Positions 1 through 11,823 of a stretch of DNA of 64,000 nucleotides are shown piece by piece (positions within the stretch are counted from its first letter, which is position 1; every line of letters begins with the position of its first letter). The notes under the pieces are model-generated. The model saw only the letters and a list, made by a program, of their open reading frames with translations, did no database searches and was not told where the DNA came from. This stretch comes from Tricharina praecox (lineage: Eukaryota), in NCBI RefSeq assembly GCF_024521635.1, contig NW_026250403.1, positions 744,001 to 808,000 of the forward strand. The letters are read 5' to 3'. The translations under genes and the position numbers were made by a program.

Positions 1-964
1 TTCCCACCCAAAGATTGAACCTTGCCTCGTCTTGCTACTTGTAGTGCTGTTTGCTACCTCATCGTCATCATCATCTCCACCACTACCACCACCACCATCA
101 CCGCATCTCGTTTCGTTCCGGGATCGCCCACCTCCTTCTCTCCCTCTCTCCCTCTCCATCGCTCTTCCCATCCAATCCAATCCTCTCGGTCATTCCGAAT
201 CCTCCCATCAGCCTCACTACCTAGTACGGTAGTACTCTTCCTCGCGCACTCGTCACCAACCACACAACTCACATCCCCGTCAATTGTCAACCTCATTTCT
301 CGCATATCAGTTACCCGGCGAACATCATTCGTTGATTTCGACTGCTGCCGCTCGCTGTCCCGTGACCCTCGCATAAGCACTTCCACTACGCTGATAGGTA
401 CTTCGAAGGGAGTACTGTAACGAGCAACAAACACATAATTGCTACTGTCAGAAAGGGGAGACAGAAGAGAGAGAGAGAAACAGAGAGAAAGGGAGAGAGA
501 GAAAGTTGGTGCGTGTGTGCATAGAGCGTAAACGACCACTGTCAGATGTGCGTACTTTGACTTCGTTAGTCCCCTGGTTGCTTCGTCCACTGTCCACCAC
601 CCAATTCAAACGACCACCCAACCAAATCTACCCACCAACTACTTTCACTACCACTACCACCACTACCAACTTCCTCCTCCTCCTCCCCACCACCACCACC
701 TCCTCCTCCCCCCCACCACCACCACCACCTCCTCCGCTACTCTCAACCATCACCACCACTACCATATACACCCACCCACCGCATCATCGCTTTGTCAGCC
801 GTCACTCAGCAGCATCGCCACTAACTTTAGGTGCTGAGTTTACCGCCCCGCAGCAGTAGGTGACAGGCTCAGGAACCCGTTAAACCTCGCAGCTTCGCCG
901 TGCACATCTCGGACGTCATTCTCTTGGTGCTCCCCGACTCCCGGAATAAGGCAAGAATCTGGAC

Positions 965-3900
965 ATGCCTGCTGGTAACTCACAGCGCAATCCACAATCA
1001 GAAACTCAGGACCATCAATCCTTACCCGCGAACAGCAAAGCAACTCACATCCGCAACAAAGACGGTACTAAGTTGATTACTGTGCCCTCCCGCAAGGTGT
1101 CTAACCCCGAATCTGCTGCTGCTGCTGCCGCCGCTACCACTGCAACCACCACCACCACCGCCGCTACCGCCTCCTTCTCCTCCTACTCCTCCTCCTCCTC
1201 CCTCTCATCCTCCGCCGTCTTCGCTACCACCGCCGCCGTCACTCCATCACCTCATCCCCCCCCACCTCCTCCTCCTCCTCCACCACCACCGGCTACGGCT
1301 TTCGTCCCCACCATGGACTACTCTAACGGAGCAAATGCTAGCGCGGCGGGGAAGAAGAAGAAGAAGAACAAGAGGGGAAAGCAGGTTGCTCAGGCTCAGC
1401 ACCACCACCATCACACCCACCAGCACGATGAGTACGGTTCCATTTCGAACGGGCCCGCAGCCATCACTCCGCCACATTCGAACCACCCCCATCACTACCA
1501 GCAGGACATTCGGGACTCGATGGCTGACTTTGACGACAACGACCCCCCCGAACTCGTGGACCCTGACGACGAGGAGGAATACTACTCCGACCAGGACAAC
1601 GAGTATGACGACAATGAGCCCTACTCTCCACCGCCACCTTCTGCTCCGGCTCCGGCAGCCGGCAAGAGCAAAAAGGGAAAGAAGAAGAGCAAGAAAAAGG
1701 CCGCCGGCAGCGAGCTCCTCGGCGCCGGAGGTGGTGTTGGGGCTGGGCCGGTTCAGACCCGCAAGGGAAAGGACCGCATATGGAACACTTCGACCACGGA
1801 AGAACGTGAACGGATCAAGGATTTCTGGCTGTCACTTGGCGAGGAAGAGCGTCGATCTTTGGTCAAGGTGGAGAAAGAGGCTGTTCTGCGGAAGATGAAG
1901 GAACAGCAGAAGCATTCTTGCTCGTGTAGTGTCTGTGGACGAAAGAGGACTGCTATAGAGGAGGAATTGGAGGTCTTATATGATGCTTATTACGAGGAGC
2001 TTGAGCAGTACGCCAATCAGCAACAGACAAATAAATATCTTAGCCACGTCCCTCCGAGTCCGCCGTCCGGTACCTTTCCTAGTAGCATACCACCGCCGCC
2101 TCCGCCGCCGCCTCCTACTGGAGCCCCTCCCCGTACACAGCCCGGGAGTGTTATCAAGCCGGAGGACGAGGACGAATACGACGAGGACGAGGACGATGAT
2201 GAGTACGAAGACGACGACGAGGTGCTCGACCACCCTCTCTCGCCACCGCCTCAGAACGATCCGAGACCAGACTTCTTCAATTTTGGCAACAGCCTAACCG
2301 TACAAGGTGCGTTGATTCGCAATGGGGGAGGGGGGAGGGGAGGCACAACATTGGTTGAGGGATTGACGAAGCGGTTGACTGACTTTGATCTTACAGGTGG
2401 AATCTTGACGGTGGCAGACGATCTGTTGAAGAATGACGGGAAAAAGTTCATCGAGATGATGGAGCAGCTGGCGGAACGCCGAATGGCCCGCGAAGAGGAA
2501 GCCAACAGTGTCAACGGCGTGGCTCGCGACGCCAACGTTCACCACCAGCACGTTCACAATCACACCCAGCCTTCGGACTACGACGACGAGGAGTACGACG
2601 ACGAAGAGGACGAAGATGAGGAGTACGAGGAGGACGAAGAGGAGGACGAGGAACCTGTGCGTAATCTATGTCTACGTGGAGGGACTACACACTAACTCGA
2701 CAATGATGAAAGGACACCATGACTGAGGAACAGCGCATGGAGGAGGGACGCAGGATGTTCCAAATCTTCGCCGCTCGGATGTTCGAGCAACGTGTACTCC
2801 AAGCCTATCGGGAAAAGGTCGCCGAAGAACGACAAAAAAAGCTCCTACAGGAACTCGCCGATGAAGACAGGCGCAAGGAGGAACGTGAGGCCAAAAAGGC
2901 TCAGGACAAGGACAAGAAGCGGGAGAAGAAACGGCAGGCGAAGCAGGCCAAGGAGGAGGAGCGTCTTCGCAAGGAGGCGGAAAAGAGGGAAGAGGAGGCC
3001 AAGCAGAAGGAACTCGATGCCAAGAGGGCCGAAGAGCAGCGGAGACGGAGGGATGAGCAGAGGCTGAAGCGGGAGGCCGAGAGGAAGGCTGCCGAGGAGG
3101 AGAGGCAGCGGAAGGAGGAGGAGAAGAAGAAGCGGCAGCTGGAGGAGAAGGAGAGGGAGGCTGAACGTGAGCGCAAACGGAAGGAACACCAGGAGCGCGA
3201 GCGGAAGAAGCGTGACGAGCTGGCCAAGAAGCAGAAGGATGAGAAGGAGGCGCGGGACAAGGAACTGCGGGAGAAGCGCGAGCGCGAGGATAGGGAAAAG
3301 CGCGAGCGTGAGGCAAAATCCAAGAAGGATGCTGTCGAGAAGGAGAAGAAGCGCAAAGAGGAGGAAGCAAAGGCCAGGGCCGAAGCTGCTATTGCGGCGA
3401 CCAAACGTGCTCAGGTCTTCGCACCTACTCCGCCGATGCCCCAAACTCAAACCGCACCCCCGCCCGGATACGGATCACCACACCTCCCAGTTATCACGCC
3501 CGCGACCCCCAAACAGTCAGCTGGTCCCCAGATTCACCGACCACGTAACTCATCCCAGCAGGGTTCGATCCAGGGCTCACAAGGTTCTTCTCCGAAGACT
3601 CCAAACGTGGCCCCTCGTTTCGGAACGACTGCCTCCCCTAGTACGCCGATCTCGCAGCAGCAGAACATTACCGGCCCGGTTCCCATCAAGGGATTCCAGT
3701 TTCCTGGCTTTCCCCCAACGTCTCCCATGCCGCATCACATTGGTCCGCCGCCCGGTGTGACTCCCCCTGACGGTGGCTTCAACATGCCTCCGATGGGCTT
3801 GAACGGACCGAATCCGATGCAACCCTTCTTGACCGGCATGCCCCAGCGTCAAAATGGAATTCCCATGTTTACCGGACAGATGCCGTTGGGAAGCCCGCAA

Positions 3901-4993
3901 TACCGAGGATTTGCCACACCGAATGGAATCCCCATGCAGATTCCGCCTGCGCCGGGAATGCGACCTATGGTGAACCAAGGCCGTGGAATGTTCATGGGCG
4001 ATATGTCACATCAGCTTCCACCGGGAGTCCCGCTTCCACCGCCTGGATCACCGTTCGGCACTCGGGTCGAACCTGTTCCCATGAGCGGTCACTCGAGAAT
4101 ACCGTCCGGATCCTTTGAAGTTGTCCACAGGCCCACTCCAATCCAGAGACCTTCGAGCGTGGCACCCCATAGGAATGGAGACGATCAAGTGGACGAACTC
4201 TCCAAGGTGATGGGTAGCCGTGCACTCCTGGAAGATGACGAGGATCCACTGCCCGAGAATATGTCACCGAGCAGGAGGGTTAGCGGTCCCCAGTTTGTTC
4301 CAAGGCCTAGAAACGTTGCTTCCCCCTCGATCTTCGGAGACAGCCTCGGCGGTAAATTTGCACTCCGTCCCCGGAAAGGATTTACCTACGATGGAACAAC
4401 TAACGTAGGACCGATAGGTTTCAATGATTATGGAGCCTCCTGGTCGAATCCATTGCCTCTGGGTGGCAGCTTATCTGGTTCTCTGCCTAGTGCGTGGGCA
4501 AACAAAGCAGGTGAATAAACCTACATCCCCTTCCATATTTATGATTTCTAATAGTCCATGTGTAGGCTGGTCGGACATTGATGCGGGTGCATTCAACCGT
4601 CGACGGATCACGAGGATAGATCAGATCCGCATGTTGGCGTGTCAAAAGTTCCGCGATCTTAGTGGACCCAACAACCAGCCTGTGGAGATCTCTACGCTGC
4701 AGAGGGCTGTACAAGCCGTTGCGCCACCGGACTTACACTTCGTGCTGGACGAGCTCACCCATACTCTCGACGTGGAGGGCGATTCTCAGAACGGTGGAGG
4801 TAGTTTCGATCAACGTGCCGAACATGGCAGGATACTCGTTTACTACGCTCCGGACGAGTATGCTGATCCCAACCACCACCACGGTCCTATCCGTGCGGGA
4901 GAGATTGGCAGTCCGAGTACGGCGGGAGCCGTGCCTTTCAAGACTCCGTTAGGAGGACCACCCGGGATGACTTCAAGTCCTGCTGGGTTTTAA
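965..4993 (+). CDS. NST1: Stress response protein Nst1 (5 exons; introns ~2307-2396, 2657-2712, 4352-4417, ~4512-4565)
   Basis: Conserved block [125 protein letters not shown]; long K/E/R coiled coil. GT..AG introns join the ORFs in frame. Confidence 0.92.
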
Positions 4994-5553
4994 TGCGGTG
5001 TTAAGGGTGGTGTCTTTTTAGTAATTCTACTGCTCTGCTTCCACACAAGTATCTTTTTTTTTTCTTTCGGGGAGCTGTGGAGAGGAATCTGGGTGGTTTG
5101 TAGGGTGGGGTCTGGTTTTTTTTTTCTTTTCTTCTCGTATGATTGTCGACTGGGCATTGGGTCTTTGTTACTGTGTGCATTTACATAGCTTCGAAAACCA
5201 TTTGTACTTTTGCTTGGCTCGTCAGATGGATCGTTCACACCATAGTTAGGTGGTGAGGGAGATGGATTGATGGGTGGCCGCGAGACGAGCGAACTGGATG
5301 TGGAAATGGAATTCCATACTATTTTTTTCTTTTCTTCTCCTTCGAGTTGGTACAAGTAGAACGTGATCTCGACGACCCAATCCCTGTCTTGGCTCGCAGC
5401 CTGCGGCTCGAAATTTCCTTTCGGCAAGCTCCACTGAACTTATACTCGCAGCTAACTACACCCCACCTCGACACGACCGCCAAACCACCACCACCACCGC
5501 CGGCGTCCTTCACCACTCCAACAACAACACCAACAACAACACCAACAACAACA

Positions 5554-6153
5554 ATGAACCGTCTCGGCCTGCGCACAGCCTTCACCTTTGGGCGTCCACC
5601 CGTCCCCACCGGCGGCGCCGCAATCCCGGGCATGCACATGCAGGCCCGCATGGCGTCGGGCGGCGGTCCCCCCTCGCGCAGGAAGAAGGGCGGTCCAGTC
5701 GGGGACGTACGAGTCCGCATGTCTCCCCCCTCCCCCTCCCCTTCCCCCCGCCCTCTCCTGCCTCGAGCCGAATGCTAACGCACCACCCACGCACCAGGCA
5801 TGATCCGCTACTTCCTCTTCCATCCCGCGGAGCACACGCCGCGGCCACTGAAGTTCGGCACGATGCGCTCGCTGCGGCACTGGACGGTGCACCGGGCGTG
5901 GCAGCTATTCTGTGCGCAGCAGCGCGTGGCGCGCGAGCGCGAGCTGGAGCGCCAGTACAACTCTATCCGCGAGGCGTGCGAGGCTTTGAAGCTGGTGACT
6001 GAGGGCGGCGAGGCGGCGGGTAATGCGGAGGGCGGCAGACTGTATAGAGTCGCTCTCGGAAAGAAGGAGGTTGGATCGTTTCCGATTGAGCTAAGGATCC
6101 CCACTGATACTCCGCCCAAGAATGGTTGGAATCATGGGTGGAAGAGGGCGTAA
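5554..6153 (+). CDS. MRPL28: Mitochondrial large-subunit ribosomal protein mL40 (MRP-L28 family); GC-AG intron 5717-5797
   Basis: R-rich presequence-like N-terminus; IRYFL..PRPLKFGTMRSLRHWTVHRAWQLF..RERELERQYNSIREACEAL..FPIELRIPTDTPP..GWNHGWKR. Confidence 0.85.
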
Positions 6154-6212
6154 AGCGTGGCGGGATGGTGTCTTTGTATATTACTACTATTACATGAGGA
6201 TGGGCGGGCTAT

Positions 6213-7444
6213 CTACGTGCTTGGCTGCTGCCGCCGCTCTATCTCTACTGTACTCCCGAACCCCTCCTCGCCCGGCCGCCGCAGGATAAACCGCTCGTCC
6301 AGCCAGTCTATGAACTCGACAATGGTGGTGGTGGTCTCGCACATGATGTTGCGCTCCTTCTTTGGTACCTGCCCATCCAGCATCTCCGAGACGTGGTGCT
6401 GCGTCAAACGGAACGGAATCGGGTGCGACATCGAGTAGTCCAGAAACCGCTCCACCGCGCCCCACGGGGTCTTGTCGAATCCCGCGAATAGGGCGGGATT
6501 GGTAAGGAGGCCTCGCGCAGCCATTACGCCTGTGTGTCCCATTCGCATCAGCCACCCCTTTCACCCATCACCCATCCCTCTCCCTCCCAGAAGAAGAAGA
6601 TAAACTCACCATCGCACCCCGTAACGCTCGCAATCCGTTCCGCATCCCCCCTCGTAAACACATCACCATTCGCAAACACGGGGACCTGCGCCACCTGCAC
6701 GACGGCCCTAATCGCCTCTAGATCCACCGGCACAGAGCTGCGCGTACTCCTGCGGCGTCCATGCACCGTGATGTAGTCCACGCCACTCCCCTCCTGCACA
6801 ATCCTGACCCATCGCCTCGTAACCTCCAAATCCCCATGAACCCTAATCTTAACACTGACCACAAACCGCGCTCCACAGCGCTTCTTCGCCTCCCGCACCA
6901 TATCCCTGACCCGCTCCGGGGCGCCCATAAGCGCGCACCCGACCCCGCACCCTACGGCCCAGCTCTGCGGACACCCACAGTTGAGATCCACCCCATCAGC
7001 ATACGGCTGCACCATTTCCGCGGCGCGCCCAAAATCCTCGACAGTGGATGCGCCGAACTGGACGATCAGTGGCGCGTCGCAAAAGGATGAGGTGAAGTCC
7101 GCTTGTCGTGCTAACTCGGAACGGACGAATTCCTTGGCCAGGATCATGGGTGTGTAGCATATGTCGGTGCTGTAGTGCTGGGCTAAGAGGCGGAAGGGGA
7201 GCTTGCTGTATCGCACCATCGGCGCGGATATGAACACGGGCCGATGCTGGGTGCGGGTGCGGGTGAGGACCGCGAGAGGGCTGTGGGGTAGAAAGATTGG
7301 TGAGTGGTGGCAGCGCGGGGTGGGAGTGGGGAGGGGGCGGGGGATGTACTGGTTGTTTGGATCCCGTGGTGGCGGGGGCGGGATGGCCGCTGCTGGTGTG
7401 GCGGCGGCTGCCATTGGCGGTTGTGGTTGTGCGGGCACTGTCAT
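6213..7444 (-). CDS. DUS4: tRNA-dihydrouridine synthase, Dus4-like (introns ~7281-7349 and ~6531-6609)
   Basis: ISAPMVRYSKLPFR, YTPMILAKEF, PLIVQFGA, GVDLNCGCPQSWA, SVKIRVH, ITVHGR, ANGDVFT, GVMAARGLLTNPALF. Confidence 0.9.
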
Positions 7445-8443
7445 TGCTGTTATAGTAGCTGGTGGTTATCTGTCGCGACTCGCGGGTGGAGGTTGTCGTG
7501 CTGCTGGCCGTGATACTGTAACTAGCACGTTACTTGAAAGTTGAAGATTTGAGCGCGCAGCAACAAAAATAGATGGATGGTGGGGCAATGATGGCGCATC
7601 ATACATACCGGTAGTGGGGGCGCCAGTGACCAATGGCCAGTGACCACACCACAGAGTGCGCATACTCATACTTTATTCCACGCTGCTCACTGCACGTGTC
7701 ATGCACGATGAACCCGAGCTCTGACATTGGACATGGACACCTTTTTCCAATCATGGCCTCTCTTCATCGTCCCATCAAGAATCAAGATACAAAAAAGATC
7801 AATACAAAAGATTGCTTTTATTAAACCCCCCTCCCCCCCCCCCCCAAAAAAAAAAAAAAAGAACACCACACAAATGCAGTTTCTGGCTCATGTATCCCGT
7901 CGGTATTTTAAAACAATCAAAATATGTAGATGCCATGCAGATGCCATGCAGATTTATGTATCTTCTCAAACACGAATAAACTTTCCTTCTATCGCAAAGG
8001 TATATATATCAAGTAACGACTCCGTTTTCATACTTTGAACCGGACCAGAAGAAAAAAAGGGGGAAGAATGTGGGAAATAAAGAGACAGAGATCAAAAAAA
8101 GACGCAACAGCCACCTCCGTCCAAAGTGCTTTCCGTGTGCAGAATGACTTTTTTCGCGAACCGACGGAAAAAAAACCGAATGACGATGACCCGACCCAAT
8201 GAGTAATTACAAAAAGGAAAGAGAAAGAAAAAAAAAGATGCGATCCCGAGAATGCAAAAATGACCCACAAAAACACCAGAGAGAAAGTAAAGAGGAAATA
8301 AAAGGAAAGTATGTAAATACGCTTCATGTGCCCCCGGAAATACCGCCACACATGGAAATACAAGCACAAAGTGCAAGCAGAGTGGTCAGGCCCTGTCGTA
8401 ATAATCAAACCCAAAGCACCTTACTTTCACATTGCGCGGTTTA

Positions 8444-11400
8444 CTAGAACCGTCGCATGTTGTCCACGAAGAGGGCAGGAGTCTCGACGTCTTTGTCCGT
8501 CTCCCGTCCCTCTGCCTTTCTGCGATCGAAGAAGCTCTCATGCTCCACGATCACCTGAATCCACTCGGCCAAAGCCCTTCCGATGTATGTGGCAGCCGTA
8601 GCCCCGGTGGGAGGATCCTCCACGACCGGGAAGCCGTGCTGCAGCGAATCGAGGTATCGCTGAGCAGGCGCTGGTAGCCGAGAAAGCCCCAATACCCGCT
8701 CCCGACTGGGCTGCGGTCGGTCGACCCACTCCAGGGAGAATTTGAAGTGGGCCTGCAATTTCGGCTTTTCTACCGGTGCTGGTGCAACGGGTGCTGGTGG
8801 CGTCTCCTTCTTCTCGACCGGCTTGAATCCAAAGACGCTGCGAATGCTCCACCTGCGGGGGACAGGGGTGACGGCTTCATCGGAACGAACGGAGGCGGCA
8901 GAAGATTCCGATGGAGCCTCGCTCTCGGTCAACGACGTAACTGAGGCTGTGGCGGCCACCTGCTGCAATAGCGACCCCGGGGTGGCAACAAAGGGGGCGA
9001 ATGTAGGGACCATTCCGTCCAGGAGGGTTCCCGGGGGTCCGGTGGCAATGTCATTTCTCAAAATGACAATCCGCCGGCCAGGCGCAGGGAGACAAGATGC
9101 AGTCGAAGACGGCTTTCCACCACCACCATCCTCGTAGGCCTTTTTCAGTTGCAGGTGTTGGGCATAGCCAGTCCTCAGGCGGAGGAGCATAGTCTTGAGT
9201 ACCTCACTACTCCACACATTAGTATCGGACGGGACCGAGCGATCGGACTATCCCGGGTAAAACTTACATGTCAACTTCGCTGGCATCGCCATCGTACCTC
9301 CCCAGCCTCCAGCACATCAATCTCATGTAGTATGCCCTTACTATAGGGCACCAATGACAAAAGAGCCTATCCCACATTGGTTCAGACAAAAGCCAATCAA
9401 TGCACACAATTCTTTTTCGATCATCATCCGCAACCAACATGGGCCATATCGTATAGACGAAAGTGAGTACTCTCAGCTCCGTCATGTTGTTTACACTCCC
9501 AAGCATCGTCTGGGTGACTCCGAGCCAAAAGTTCCAATCGATGTAATTCCCGAGGCCCTGCAACTCGGCCTGTGAGAGGATAGGCATCACCTCTTCCATG
9601 AGCTCGCAGAGTTGAAAGCAACCGTCTCCATCGAACATACTAATCTTCTGCACCGCGGCCTTGAGCATCGCGGAAAAGGCGGTTCCGACGCATTCCCGGA
9701 TGTTTCGCGGGAGAGTGCTATCGAACAATACCTCCCGGAGCAACACAATCAACTTGTTTTCGGCCATGGTGCGCGCCGCCGCCGTGTTCCGCGCTGCAAG
9801 GGGAAGTGTTGCTGTGGCATTCATAATGTCTTCGAAGGTTGTTGATGACGTTGCCGTCTCGGGATTTGCGGATCGATGGATGGTGTTATCAATCATTGAA
9901 AGCATCTGCGCGAGAACGTGGATATAGCCAGGCGCACACAGCTGAGCGGTACGGGTTGCGTCGGGCGACATATACTCAAACATGAGGACGTGGTATTCTC
10001 TGATAAAGACGTGTAGCAGGCCTCCGTCGCGACCACACCAACGATTCAGCCACGGCCCAAACCACTCCACTGGGTTGCCGATTGGTACTTTCACCGGCTG
10101 CCTCAATTTTCGCATCAGCAATGCCATGCTCGTGAATCCGAGAGGCTGCAGGGTCTCGGGAAACTCGGACACGACGTCCTCCGCAACATGCCGCAAATCC
10201 GTACATCTTCCAATTCCGAACCCCAATGGCACTCTTCTCACTAGATCTGGCTTCAGCCCCCAGAGGCTGATCAACATCTCAGCGACGCCGGCGCAATAAA
10301 AGAAAGCATAAGCAAGCACTTTCCCGCCAAACGTAACTAGGCCTAGCGGTGCCGAGCGAACACCCATCCTCTCGACGACATATGCCAAAGTATCAAAAAG
10401 CGTTCTGGTGAACAACACCTTTATGTTGTGTTGAACAGATTTCTGCACGGAAAAATCTGAAGTTGCGGAACACAAGGACGCCGATGACTCCGATTTTGCC
10501 GACAGAGGCTGCCGTTGCGCGAGAGGCGCAAACGTAGATGGGGGAGACCGCCATTCCGGTCGCGACATGATATACGAAATTGCACCCAGATATACTGGTC
10601 TGTCACCACCGGGCATCATCTGGGGACTTCGATTGCGAAGCTGCGCTATCAACCCTGTCCACCAGCGGTGAAGCGTTCGAACCCTCCTCTCGAGTATTTC
10701 CGGAGATATATTGCTCGAAGTCTGGTTGTAGTGTTTCTGGAGGAACGGCAGGAGGTTCTGTCGGACAATGGTTGTCTTCTGAGGGGCAGATTTGTTCGAA
10801 AATCTGCATCCGCTTTTAGCCATCATCGGGTGGTGGTGGTGAAGGGGGGAGGGGCCCGGGGGGAGGCTACTCCGGATACCACAGGAGCCCTTACTTCTGA
10901 TAATCCGCATCGAGCGCCTTGAATGCCTCCCACATCTCGTCTTTGACCACCTTCTTGAAACTCGAACTTCCAGAGCTGGCGGTCGTTAGGGGTCGGTCCA
11001 CAGAGATCGTTTTGGGGATTGGCGGTGGAGGTGCTGGAGGTTGTTCGACGGGGGACACATTTTTCCCAAACAAACTGAGTCGGCGAGCTCGTTTTCCAAG
11101 AGTGTTGGACCGTGAAAGTTTCGGGGTCGGCGGCGGCGCGGACTCCGGTGTTTCGGTTGTTGGTGTTGTAGCTTTCGCCTGGCCCGGCGTCTCGTTGCCG
11201 TTCGTAGGACTGATCGATGAGACTGAGCTTGCTTTCGTGGACCGGCCCTCGTCGTCTCGACTGCTCGTATCGTCTCGGCTGCTCGGCGAAGGTGACCGTG
11301 ACAGGCGAGAAGTGCTGTTCCATGGATGCGAAACCGCGTCTGACTTGGCGTCCACGGATGGCTTGCTCCCGCCGTCAGAGTCGGTTCCCCCCAACCTACC

Positions 11401-11823
11401 TCGTTCGTACGAGGTACTGCTACCACTTTCCGAGGTGAATTCCGACTTGACCGCGAAAGTCGACACCGTGATCTTGGGTGTGCTTGGAGTCGAGCAGTCT
11501 TTTTCCATCATCGCCGCCGAGCAAGCATCCCCCGGAAGGGTGGTCGAGCTTCCAGGGATTTCGGCGGGGATTGGCGAGACGGATATTGTAGTGGTCGTAA
11601 TGCTGGACTTGGACGGGGAGATTGGAAAAGAGGTGCTCAGAGGAGGAAGCCTATGGGTGTCTAGTTTTGGGGGCATGGTCGTAGGAGAAGTGGTAAGGTC
11701 GAGGGAGGCAGGAACCTTCGAGGTCGAGTTATTGCGTCGGCGCATCGACAATGCCGGCGTGAGCGAGTGTCGCAGGGAAAAGGCGGCTGCAGGTCGGGCT
11801 TTCTCCTGTGGGCTGACAGCCAT
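8444..11823 (-). CDS. DUF1765-family fungal protein of unknown function (3 exons; introns ~10805-10896, ~9208-9268)
   Basis: S/P-rich N-terminus, then a helical core with LHRWWTGL, FGGKVLAYAFFY, WLNRWCGRD, FCHWCPIVRAYYMRLMCWRL, YIGRALAEW. Spliced frames are consistent. Confidence 0.75.

Noticed and set aside
2672..3450. Long antisense ORFs over NST1 (also over DUF1765, DEF1, HVA1, ERG13)
   Set aside because: Shadow ORFs caused by codon bias and low-complexity coding sequence.
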